Source: Bdellovibrio sp. (GTDB lineage Bacteria > Bdellovibrionota > Bdellovibrionia > Bdellovibrionales > Bdellovibrionaceae). Taken from it: DNA of 64,000 bases. Below are positions 28,288 to 36,817 of this stretch, one piece after another; position 1 is the stretch's first letter; each line of letters opens with the position of its first letter. Where the stretch lies: NCBI GenBank assembly GCA_036677065.1, contig JAKFBS010000002.1, positions 704,001-768,000 on the forward strand, written 5' to 3'. The position numbers and the translations under genes were made by a program. The notes beneath the pieces are model-generated. The model did no database searches, was not told the DNA's origin, and saw only the letters and a program-made list of their open reading frames with translations.

Positions 28288-29220
28288 ATGGCAAAGGATT
28301 ACGTATCAATCAGAGTTAGCACCCTGCGCGGCGATCAAAAAATCGACTTTGATGCGTATTTGAAAATTGATGAAAAATGGATTTTGTACCTTCGCCAAGG
28401 TGATTCTTTTGAAGGGGCCCGTCTAGAGCGACTTAAAACTAAAAAATTAAAAAAGATGTATATCGCCACCGACGATGAAATCAAGTATCGCGATTACATG
28501 CAAAAAAATATCGAAATGGCCTACGACGATAAGTCTGGCAAAGACATCAAAACCCGTTCTGAAATTATTCAAGGAGCCCAGCAAAATAGCGCTGAAGATG
28601 TTTTCGAAAAACCAGAAAATGCCGAAGCCTACAATTCTGCTAAAGATGCTTCTGCAAAATACGTGGATTTTTTAATTAAAAATAATGATGCCGTAAAATC
28701 TATTATTGCCTTGCCTAATCTTGATCAAAACATTGCCCATCACGGCGTTACAGTCTCAACACTTGCAGTAGCCTTAGCTGAACAGTTAAAACTTTTTGAC
28801 CCTAAACAACGCCAGCTGTTAGCACTGGGCGGTCTACTTCATGACTTTGGCCACTTTGATTCCACGTTAAATATCGCTCGTCCGATGAAAGATTTTTCTA
28901 AAGAAGAGTTAGAAATTTACAAACGCCACCCCGTCGAAGGCGCCCAAAAGGTAAAAGATAAAAATCACATGGATTTAGCAGTGACAACAATCATCCATCA
29001 GCATGAAGAAAAATGTGATGGCTCAGGCCCATTAGGTTTTCTGGAACCCCAAATTGATCCGATGGCTCTTGTTACCAGCGCCTGCAATGCGATCGATCGC
29101 TCAATGACTTACGAAGGCAATAGCCGCGACCAAGTTGTTAAGAAAATGTTGGTCGATGAACTTGGAAAACTTCCTCTCCAATACATTCAAACGCTGGGAA
29201 CTATTCTCAAAACGATCTAG
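28288..29220 (+). CDS. Unconventional HD-GYP protein (Bd1817-like, GYP Tyr missing)
   Basis: DYVSIRVSTLRGDQKIDF N-terminus, HHGVTV, LHDFGH, HEE..DGSGPLG; matches my recollection of B. bacteriovorus Bd1817. Confidence 0.88.
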   Translation: MAKDYVSIRVSTLRGDQKIDFDAYLKIDEKWILYLRQGDSFEGARLERLKTKKLKKMYIATDDEIKYRDYMQKNIEMAYDDKSGKDIKTRSEIIQGAQQNSAEDVFEKPENAEAYNSAKDASAKYVDFLIKNNDAVKSIIALPNLDQNIAHHGVTVSTLAVALAEQLKLFDPKQRQLLALGGLLHDFGHFDSTLNIARPMKDFSKEELEIYKRHPVEGAQKVKDKNHMDLAVTTIIHQHEEKCDGSGPLGFLEPQIDPMALVTSACNAIDRSMTYEGNSRDQVVKKMLVDELGKLPLQYIQTLGTILKTI

Positions 29221-29334
29221 GTCAAAAACACAGCTAAACACACTCAAACCTAGACCAAAGTTATATCATAAACTCATGGTTAATTGCCGATAACATCTTG
29301 TGATTTATTAATAATATTACGGGAGTATTTTCGC

Positions 29335-30378
29335 ATGAAACCTTCTTCATTTGTTATGGGTTTTGAAATTAAAACGGTTCGTGGCCCAGTGTTAAAACCA
29401 GTGAGCCTTGAAATCTGGGATCAGCAATCACGTTTTGCTGAATTCACTCCGCATGCACCTCTAAAGTTTATGAATGACTCGTTAGTGGGATTACAATTTC
29501 AAAAATTAACGAATTATTTAAACGCTCCAAAACAAACTGATTTTATCAATCATGCGATTGAAGAACTGTGTCCGTACTCAACTCTATTCTATTCATGTGC
29601 TGATCGTTTATCTCCGATTCAAAACAAGCTTAAACCTGTTGATGAAAAAACTATTCAGGCTTTTGAACAACAGTGGTTTGCTTACTGGGATGCGCAAGAT
29701 TTTTCTAAAGGAATCAACTTTAATAAACTTGATCAAGCCTTTGATATGCTTTCAGAATTTGAAACAAAAATGAAGGCACCGTTAATGTACAATTTTACTT
29801 TGCAGTTTTCTAAAAAATTCAATGATCATTTGCTTGCGATGTACTCGTTCTTATTCCATTTACGCTCATTAATCGCTTTAGATCATAATATTCATATTGA
29901 TGACTCATCGTTTGAATCAGTTAAATGCGATTCAATTTCTGACTATCTTCCGCGCGCAGATTTTACGACAAATGATGCTTTAGTTTACTGGCAGTTTAAA
30001 AAACTAGCGACACCGTTCGTGGGCCATAAAGATAAAGATGTGCGCATCGAAAAGCTTTTCGTAGAACCTATGCAAAGAGCCTTTGATCAATACAACCACA
30101 ACGCCTGCGCCCTGATCGATCAATTACCTCAAGAATTACTTTCACATCATACCAATGCAGATCTTGAACAAAACCTACACCAAATTCAAATGGACTGGTT
30201 ATTAGGTTCTTCTGCAGGATTATTATTTCGCGTGCGTGAAGAGTTATTTGGTTTACACCATGGTTATGACAAAGTTTTCTGGCCAGAGGCTTCAAACCAA
30301 AAATCTAAACAACCAACGCAATTTAAAGTTTGTTTTGAACTAACAGAAGCGCATCTTGGTGCAAAAAAAGCTGCCTAA
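29335..30378 (+). CDS. Hypothetical cytoplasmic protein (347 aa)
   Basis: Long ORF filling the gap, SD GGGAG before ATG 29335; no motif recognised. Confidence 0.75.
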   Translation: MKPSSFVMGFEIKTVRGPVLKPVSLEIWDQQSRFAEFTPHAPLKFMNDSLVGLQFQKLTNYLNAPKQTDFINHAIEELCPYSTLFYSCADRLSPIQNKLKPVDEKTIQAFEQQWFAYWDAQDFSKGINFNKLDQAFDMLSEFETKMKAPLMYNFTLQFSKKFNDHLLAMYSFLFHLRSLIALDHNIHIDDSSFESVKCDSISDYLPRADFTTNDALVYWQFKKLATPFVGHKDKDVRIEKLFVEPMQRAFDQYNHNACALIDQLPQELLSHHTNADLEQNLHQIQMDWLLGSSAGLLFRVREELFGLHHGYDKVFWPEASNQKSKQPTQFKVCFELTEAHLGAKKAA

Positions 30379-31058
30379 ACCGCAGCTTTTTTCGACGAAC
30401 GCCATTTTGTGTAGAAATACACGACCAAGGCGATCGCACACAAACCCAGCACGACAAATTTAAATTTACGTAGCCCGTCTAAGATATCTTCACCATAATG
30501 AGCTAAAATTAAAATCTGAGTCGGCACTGAAATCAGTGCCGCAACACCGTCAACCAAGGCAAATTTCCAAGCCGGAAACTTCACCATGCCGCACGCTAAA
30601 TGCCCCGGAAAACGAATCCCTGGAGTAAATCTAAAAATTCCACAAGCCCAAGACCCATATTTATGAGTCCACTGCTCGATCTTCATTCGACCTTCGCTAG
30701 AAATAACTCGTTTAACTGGTCCCCACTCAAAAACCCGCGAACCAAAAAAGCGGCCTATTCCATAAATTAAAAAATCAGAACAAAACACCGCTAAAAAAGC
30801 GACCATTGATGCCGTGGTTGGATGCACAAAAGGAGCCCCCGGAAACGGCGGCGGAAACTTATCAGGGTTAGCCCCCATGTAAGCCAAAATTCCCACAGAT
30901 ACTAACGTGACTTCTTCTGGAAGCGGCAAACCCACCGCAGACAACAACATCATCGTGATCAAGAAAAAATAAATCCAACCCGGCTCATAAGCATATGGGG
31001 CTAAGCAAATTAACTTGTCTGCATTATCAAACAGACACTGCATGGTTTCTTGAATCAT
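30375..31058 (-). CDS. DedA family membrane protein
   Basis: GLPLPEE, D.LIY.IGR, RFTPGIR, ACGM. Confidence 0.93.
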   Translation of the reverse strand: MIQETMQCLFDNADKLICLAPYAYEPGWIYFFLITMMLLSAVGLPLPEEVTLVSVGILAYMGANPDKFPPPFPGAPFVHPTTASMVAFLAVFCSDFLIYGIGRFFGSRVFEWGPVKRVISSEGRMKIEQWTHKYGSWACGIFRFTPGIRFPGHLACGMVKFPAWKFALVDGVAALISVPTQILILAHYGEDILDGLRKFKFVVLGLCAIALVVYFYTKWRSSKKAAV

Positions 31059-31136
31059 CCAACTATCATGAATCTAAAAGCATTCGTTGTTAAGGTCTTG
31101 AGTTAAATAGGTACAGTGTGCTATCTGAAAGACCAT

Positions 31137-32006
31137 ATGCTTAAAAACCAAACGCAAATTCATTCTCAGGGCTTCGAATACGGTGTTAAGCATTTTAATA
31201 GTCCAAAGTCTGGTGATTTGAGCGAAATCATTTCAGAAGTGCTAACTCTTCCAACAGATGAAGTGAAATTTTTAATTCAATTAGGAAGTGTTTATCTCAG
31301 CGGCAAACGCGCGCAAACTAATGATCAAGTCACAGAAAATGCGCAAATTCGCGTACACACCAAACCCAGAAGATACAATGTCGACTATGACTGGAAATCA
31401 AGAATCGTTTTTGAGCACCAAGATTTCATAGTGTTAAATAAACCAAACAATATCCCAAGCCACCCCTCAGTAGATAATCAAATCGAGAACTCACTCACGC
31501 AATTATCACTAGCAATTGGCAAAAAATTATTAATCACTCACCGCTTAGACACCTTAACCGAAGGTTTAATCGTCTATGCAAAAAATGCAGAATTCGTAAA
31601 CGGCTTCAATACCCAGCTACAGAAAAAACTAATCACAAAAAAGTACGTAGCTTTAGTTGAAACGACAGAAAAACTACCCACCCATTTAATGCACTACATG
31701 GAGCCTTCACCGCGCGCGCCCAAAAAAGTTTCACAAATTGCCAATGAAGGTTGGGATTTTTGCGAACTAAAAATAGAACAACAAAAGATACTTGATCGCT
31801 ACAGCTGGATTAAGATTAATTTACTAACAGGCAGAACCCATCAAATCAGAGCGCAAATATCAGAAGTCGGCGCGCCAATCCTAGGTGACAAATTGTATGG
31901 CAGTCAGATTATAGAAGATGAAAATAAAATAGCGCTAAGAGCGCAAGAGATAGAATTCCAGTGGCTAGGATCTAGCCACCAGATTAAAATCGAAGAAAAT
32001 TTCTAA
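31137..32006 (+). CDS. RluA family pseudouridine synthase
   Basis: VLNKP, HRLDTLTEG, K.Y.A, TGRTHQIR, PILGD.LYG. Confidence 0.92.
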   Translation: MLKNQTQIHSQGFEYGVKHFNSPKSGDLSEIISEVLTLPTDEVKFLIQLGSVYLSGKRAQTNDQVTENAQIRVHTKPRRYNVDYDWKSRIVFEHQDFIVLNKPNNIPSHPSVDNQIENSLTQLSLAIGKKLLITHRLDTLTEGLIVYAKNAEFVNGFNTQLQKKLITKKYVALVETTEKLPTHLMHYMEPSPRAPKKVSQIANEGWDFCELKIEQQKILDRYSWIKINLLTGRTHQIRAQISEVGAPILGDKLYGSQIIEDENKIALRAQEIEFQWLGSSHQIKIEENF

Positions 32007-32917
32007 AACAGCGTTCCGCCAGTAAGCAAAGAATAAGACATTTCATCAGCTTTCTTAGCTAACAAATCCTGTTCACGCTGAACTCCAATTGTAAAACTCA
32101 ATTCTTTCATAGCACGAACTTCTAAACCTAAACGGTAATCCACAACACTACTTCTAAAAGTAGGCTGGTTATTGGCCGCAGAAGAATTTGACCAGCTCTC
32201 AATAAAATTTAAAGCGGGTTTAATAGAAAACATCTTACTTAAATCGTGCGAGTATTCAATACCGTGCTCAGAATCAGCCATTTTTGATGTACGAACTTTA
32301 CCAGCAGAAGTTAAGTAAGTCGTAGAACGTTGAAAGTAGTAACTTGGTTTAGCGTATAATGAAATCTCATCATAACGACCAACATTCCAGCGCAATGATT
32401 GCTCTAAACGAAGACGTGCAATCATACCTTCTTCTTTTGAACCGTCAGATGTTGGTAAATATAAACGTGGAGCAAATCTGTAGCTAGTTGAAGCCGGTAA
32501 AGATTCTTGAAATAGGTTTGAAAAAGCGGCTACAAACGAAAAATCGCGAACTCGCGCTCTATCATTTGTTTCGCGGCCTGCGTTTGTAGTGCCTTGTAAC
32601 GCGTATCCAAAAGCAGGTCGTGCAGCGATACGAAAATCATTCGAAATTTTATAGTTAAACGATAAATAAGAATCGAAGATATCAAAAGAAGAAAGCTCTT
32701 GGGTGTTATTATTTACGGTTTGGCCGCCGATGAAATACCAAGTTATGCCAAAATTACCTTTAGTGGGCTTCTCACTATCCACATTAACAGTACTAGTTCC
32801 TGCAGTTTCTGTGGCAGCTGCTGCTGGCGCCGCCGTACTTTTCTTAGTAGAGCTTTGAGCCTGTGCAAAACCTGCAACAAAAACTAGAGCTACGATAAAT
32901 AGGCCTTTTAATTTCAT
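32003..32917 (-). CDS. Probable outer-membrane beta-barrel protein
   Basis: Start ATG 32917; signal peptide, Ala/Thr linker, alternating aromatic strands, C-terminal Phe. Confidence 0.7.
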   Translation of the reverse strand: MKLKGLFIVALVFVAGFAQAQSSTKKSTAAPAAAATETAGTSTVNVDSEKPTKGNFGITWYFIGGQTVNNNTQELSSFDIFDSYLSFNYKISNDFRIAARPAFGYALQGTTNAGRETNDRARVRDFSFVAAFSNLFQESLPASTSYRFAPRLYLPTSDGSKEEGMIARLRLEQSLRWNVGRYDEISLYAKPSYYFQRSTTYLTSAGKVRTSKMADSEHGIEYSHDLSKMFSIKPALNFIESWSNSSAANNQPTFRSSVVDYRLGLEVRAMKELSFTIGVQREQDLLAKKADEMSYSLLTGGTLF

Positions 32918-33022
32918 ATTTCCCCCAAAGTCTTCCCGGAAAAGAGTTTGTGCAGGTATATCACACTGCACTAAAAATTGTCTAAACTACCTTTAAAATG
33001 CCGGGTCGATTAATGTCATAAC

Positions 33023-34180
33023 ATGGAAAAAATACAAACTCTTTTTAAGATTCAATTAAGACCAACTATTATCGTTTTTATGTCGCTTTTAGCGCTAGCT
33101 CCGATGGGCTGTAAGAATAAAGACATCAAATCTAACGACACTCTGCAGGCCAATGCCGATATCATAGCCCCCGAGCGCCTATCAAAAGCCGCTGATGAAA
33201 TCTCGGTGATGACTTTCAATGTAGAAAATATGTTCGACAATATTCACGATAAAGGCACAGAAGATTACACCTATCTTCCTCGCGCGCAGAAAGGTTCAGC
33301 TGAAGTAGGTGACTTTTGCCAGACCGTAAAATCTAAATTCTACCGTGAAGAGTGTAACTTTAAAGACTGGAATGACGACATCGTTCAATTCAAACTTTCA
33401 CAAGTTGGAAACACAATTAAGTACATTGATCAAGGCACAGGTCCTGATATTATCTTAATGGCCGAAGTTGAAAATTTAAATATCTTAAATCAATTAGCTG
33501 ATACCGAACTTAAAGGCATGGGCTACCAAACGCGCGTTCTTATCGAAGGCCCTGATCTTCGCGGTATTGACCCAGCCATTCTTTCTAAATTTCCGCTAAA
33601 AGGAAAACCAATTCTTCACCTTATTCCTTACAAAGACGAAGACCCTCAAGCCTTAAAATATGCGAAACGTTCTCGCGGTGTGATTGAAGCCACTGTGATT
33701 TTACCGAACAAAAAAGAATTAACTTTGATGGCCGTTCATTTTCCGTCACAAGCCAATCCAACAGCCTGGAGACAACAAGCAGTTGAGTTCTTAAAAAGTA
33801 AAATCACTGAATACGAGAAAAAAGGACGCGCTGTGATTGCCGGCGGCGACATGAACATCACCGCAACCGAAGAAGGCCGTAATGGTTATTTCTCTAAAAT
33901 CCTAAGCCAAGCAGGCCCTGTATCTCACTTAGTAGGCTGTGATCACTGCAAAGGAAGTCATAACTACAAAGGCGAATGGTCATTCTTAGATGTGATCGTT
34001 TACGGGAACGCGATTTCAAAAGTGGGTTTAACTTTGATTCCAGAATCTATTCAGGTCGTGAAAACTCCGGCCAATAATATTCACGGATCGCCACTTCGCT
34101 TTGATGACGAAAAAAAAGAGGGAGTTGCTGATCACTTCCCTCTTTATTCAAGACTTAAAATTTCAAGTAAGAAAAAATAA
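33023..34180 (+). CDS. Endonuclease/exonuclease/phosphatase family lipoprotein (extracellular nuclease-like)
   Basis: Lipobox-like PMGC; TFNVENMFD, EVEN, D.RGID, GDMN, ADHFP. Confidence 0.88.
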   Translation: MEKIQTLFKIQLRPTIIVFMSLLALAPMGCKNKDIKSNDTLQANADIIAPERLSKAADEISVMTFNVENMFDNIHDKGTEDYTYLPRAQKGSAEVGDFCQTVKSKFYREECNFKDWNDDIVQFKLSQVGNTIKYIDQGTGPDIILMAEVENLNILNQLADTELKGMGYQTRVLIEGPDLRGIDPAILSKFPLKGKPILHLIPYKDEDPQALKYAKRSRGVIEATVILPNKKELTLMAVHFPSQANPTAWRQQAVEFLKSKITEYEKKGRAVIAGGDMNITATEEGRNGYFSKILSQAGPVSHLVGCDHCKGSHNYKGEWSFLDVIVYGNAISKVGLTLIPESIQVVKTPANNIHGSPLRFDDEKKEGVADHFPLYSRLKISSKKK

Positions 34181-35119
34181 TTATCTAGCGTATCTCGTTA
34201 AATCTACACGAGGGCGCACGCCACAAGCTTGCGCTTTCGAAGTTACCGCATCAATAGTTACTGATGAATCTTCAATTTTCACTAAAGTTTCAGGCAATAC
34301 CGTTGGCTTTTCGCCGATTTTAGTTTTCGCATCTTTTACGATTTTTAACTCACCCGTTGCACTGATACATGAATCTAATTTCACTTCCAAAACAGGTGCC
34401 GCATCCTTAAGAATTAAAGCGCCTGATCTAGCACCATGCATGCGTGCGTTGATTCTTAAAGCTGTGATTTTAATAGTTTCATTTAACATTTCACTAGAAC
34501 CATCCCAAGCAAATTCAAGCTTGATTTGCGTATTTGCAAAAGCTGTCGTGTTTTTTGCTAAGCTTAATTCTTCAGTTTTTTCGATAGTTAAAATGTATGA
34601 TCTTTCACGAACGCCTTTAGTAATCACAAGACGGTCATTCATATTGTTTGATGAAACGAAAGATCCCTTACCAGAAACATCAATGAAGTGTTTTGTTTCA
34701 AGCTTCGCGTTTTCAGATTTTAAAACCAAAAGGGTAATTTTACCTTCTTGGTCTTTATCTAATTTTTCGATCACATAATTAATACGGCTTGAAAATTGAC
34801 CGGCCTGTGTGCCCTCTAAGTAAAATCCAGTTGTTACATCAAGAATGTCGGTTTCAAATTTATCCGTAACCACAGAAGTTTTTTGCGAGGCTGCGTATTC
34901 AGGATTTAAAACAGCTTTAACTAAAGATAGACCTTCAAAAGCGCGATCTAAGCTAACAGCTAAAAATCTTGCCGATTCAAGTTTATTACTTTCGATATTT
35001 ACTGATTGAGTAGTGACCAAACCACCCGCAGCTTGCAGTTTATCGTCTTTCGGCGCACACGAAAATAACGACGTGGTAATGATGACAGTTGAAAGAGCTA
35101 AAACAAATTGGTTTTTCAT
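34181..35119 (-). CDS. Hypothetical lipoprotein
   Basis: Lipobox LFSC; beta-rich; C-terminal Cys pair. Confidence 0.75.
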   Translation of the reverse strand: MKNQFVLALSTVIITTSLFSCAPKDDKLQAAGGLVTTQSVNIESNKLESARFLAVSLDRAFEGLSLVKAVLNPEYAASQKTSVVTDKFETDILDVTTGFYLEGTQAGQFSSRINYVIEKLDKDQEGKITLLVLKSENAKLETKHFIDVSGKGSFVSSNNMNDRLVITKGVRERSYILTIEKTEELSLAKNTTAFANTQIKLEFAWDGSSEMLNETIKITALRINARMHGARSGALILKDAAPVLEVKLDSCISATGELKIVKDAKTKIGEKPTVLPETLVKIEDSSVTIDAVTSKAQACGVRPRVDLTRYAR

Positions 35120-35239
35120 AAGCCTAATCCCCCAAAAACGATTGCCCCAAAGCTATACCGCAGTTCGAAAAAAAGGTCATAAGAAAGTGTATGTTAACGG
35201 TTTCTTAAAGAAATCTTGAAAAAAGTACCTAATAAAATA

Positions 35240-35731
35240 CTAAGAATGAAGCTCTAGGCTTGTGCGGATTTCGTTCCAGAACCAATTTAAGTGGGGGTCT
35301 TGAGATATGAACTCATTTATCGGCTTAGAGTTCAATTTTAGGCGCAAACGTAAAAAACTTTCTAAATCATCAAATCCAGGCCCAATTGTTACGACATTCA
35401 AAGTGTCGATCGTTGATAATTTTTGGAACACTTGTGTTAACTCATTGAAGTGTGAGTAGTCTTTTCTTTTTAAGATAAGATCAGGCTCAATGCCATTTTT
35501 CATCCAACGACGAAAAAGCGCATTTTGTAAGATGGATTTTAAATGAGTTTTTTGATGGTAGTTTAACGCGCGATACGCGGAAGTTTCGTTCATGACCATA
35601 AATAAATCACAACCGATAAATTCATCATGTGATTTTCTTAATGACTCAATAACTTCTGGGATTCGAAGAAGTGATCTTCGAATCAAACAATCGTCAATGA
35701 GTGCTCCGTCCGTGAAGTAGATGACCGTCAT
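35240..35731 (-). CDS. Hypothetical protein; degenerate FabD/acyltransferase-like fold
   Basis: LQNALFRRWMKNGIEPDLIL and VTIGPG resemble AT-domain motifs, but GHS is replaced by KRK. Confidence 0.5.
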   Translation of the reverse strand: MTVIYFTDGALIDDCLIRRSLLRIPEVIESLRKSHDEFIGCDLFMVMNETSAYRALNYHQKTHLKSILQNALFRRWMKNGIEPDLILKRKDYSHFNELTQVFQKLSTIDTLNVVTIGPGFDDLESFLRLRLKLNSKPINEFISQDPHLNWFWNEIRTSLELHS

Positions 35732-35888
35732 AGTCCTCGCTCTTTGCTAGATCTAAGGTTAGAGTACTAAAGTCTAAAATGCTAGTCCTTGATCTTAAAT
35801 CACCACCTTGGTCCAGAGTTGAACTCAAGCTGTTTAATCACTTACGTCGAGAGTTCTCTGTTGCTATGCTGAACACTGGAAATTGACT

Positions 35889-36809
35889 ATGAAAAAATTG
35901 AATGTGCAACAACGATCTGTCATCCAAAAATGGGCTCTTTACGGGCTATTGCTTTTCATTGGCTTTACCGCAGCCGATCTTGGAATTATCTATGTGCGTG
36001 AATATTTTATTCCGCAATCTGCGCCTCCGAAAAAAGCGCCTAAACAACAAACTTCCGGTTACGTCGACCGCAGTCAATACTCAACAATTACAAATAGAAA
36101 TTTATTCTCATCATCAGGCACAATCCCCGACGCACTCGCAGCAGTAAACGCTGCGCAAGAAGAACAAACAGAAGATATTCCGGTACAATCAAGCTTGCCT
36201 TTAAATTTAATCGGCACCCTGGTGCATACTGATCCATCAAAATCAGTCGCCGCTATCGAAGTGAAATCAAAAAACATGTCTGGTTCATATATGGTGGGCG
36301 CAGAAATTGAAAACATGGCTAAAATTGAAAAAGTCGAACGCGGCATCGTGTATTTCAGAAATTTAAACAATGGCGCCTTAGAATATATTGAAATCAGCCG
36401 CGGCAATTCAAAAGTAAATTTTGATTCAGGTAAGGCGGCTGCTCCCGTAAAAGCCGGCGGTAAAGAAATCCAAGCTATTGGTAACAACACATTTCGTGTA
36501 AAGCGTGCTGACTTAAATAAATATTTAAACGATTTATCAGGTTTACTAATGCAAGCACGCGCGCTTCCAAATCGCGATCCAAATACGGGCGAAATTAATG
36601 GCTATCGTTTAGTTGATTACCAACCAGGATCAATCTTTGAACAAATGGGTTTACCCCGTGGCACTTTAATCAAGTCTGCCGGCGGAGAGCCTGTGAACAG
36701 TATTCAAAGCGCAATGGAAATGTTTAATAAATTAAAAAAAGAAAGCAAAGTTAAACTTGGTGTTGAGGTCAATGGATCTGAGCAAGATTTTAACTATGAA
36801 ATTCAGTAA
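35889..36809 (+). CDS. gspC: Type II secretion protein C
   Basis: TM helix, HR domain (LNLIGTLV...SVAAIE), C-terminal PDZ; first gene of the cluster. Confidence 0.88.
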   Translation: MKKLNVQQRSVIQKWALYGLLLFIGFTAADLGIIYVREYFIPQSAPPKKAPKQQTSGYVDRSQYSTITNRNLFSSSGTIPDALAAVNAAQEEQTEDIPVQSSLPLNLIGTLVHTDPSKSVAAIEVKSKNMSGSYMVGAEIENMAKIEKVERGIVYFRNLNNGALEYIEISRGNSKVNFDSGKAAAPVKAGGKEIQAIGNNTFRVKRADLNKYLNDLSGLLMQARALPNRDPNTGEINGYRLVDYQPGSIFEQMGLPRGTLIKSAGGEPVNSIQSAMEMFNKLKKESKVKLGVEVNGSEQDFNYEIQ

Positions 36810-36817
36810 AGAGGTAT

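Noticed and set aside
592..32987. GTCTAAAC 8-mer in three intergenic regions (near 592, 18921 and 32980)
   Set aside because: Short, inconsistent orientation and distance to starts; not distinguishable from chance without a genome-wide count
34101..34778. 225-aa plus-strand ORF
   Set aside because: Antisense to the lipoprotein gene; no SD or motifs; typical shadow ORF, like the many 60-146-aa ORFs inside uvrBC, gsp, hem and rel
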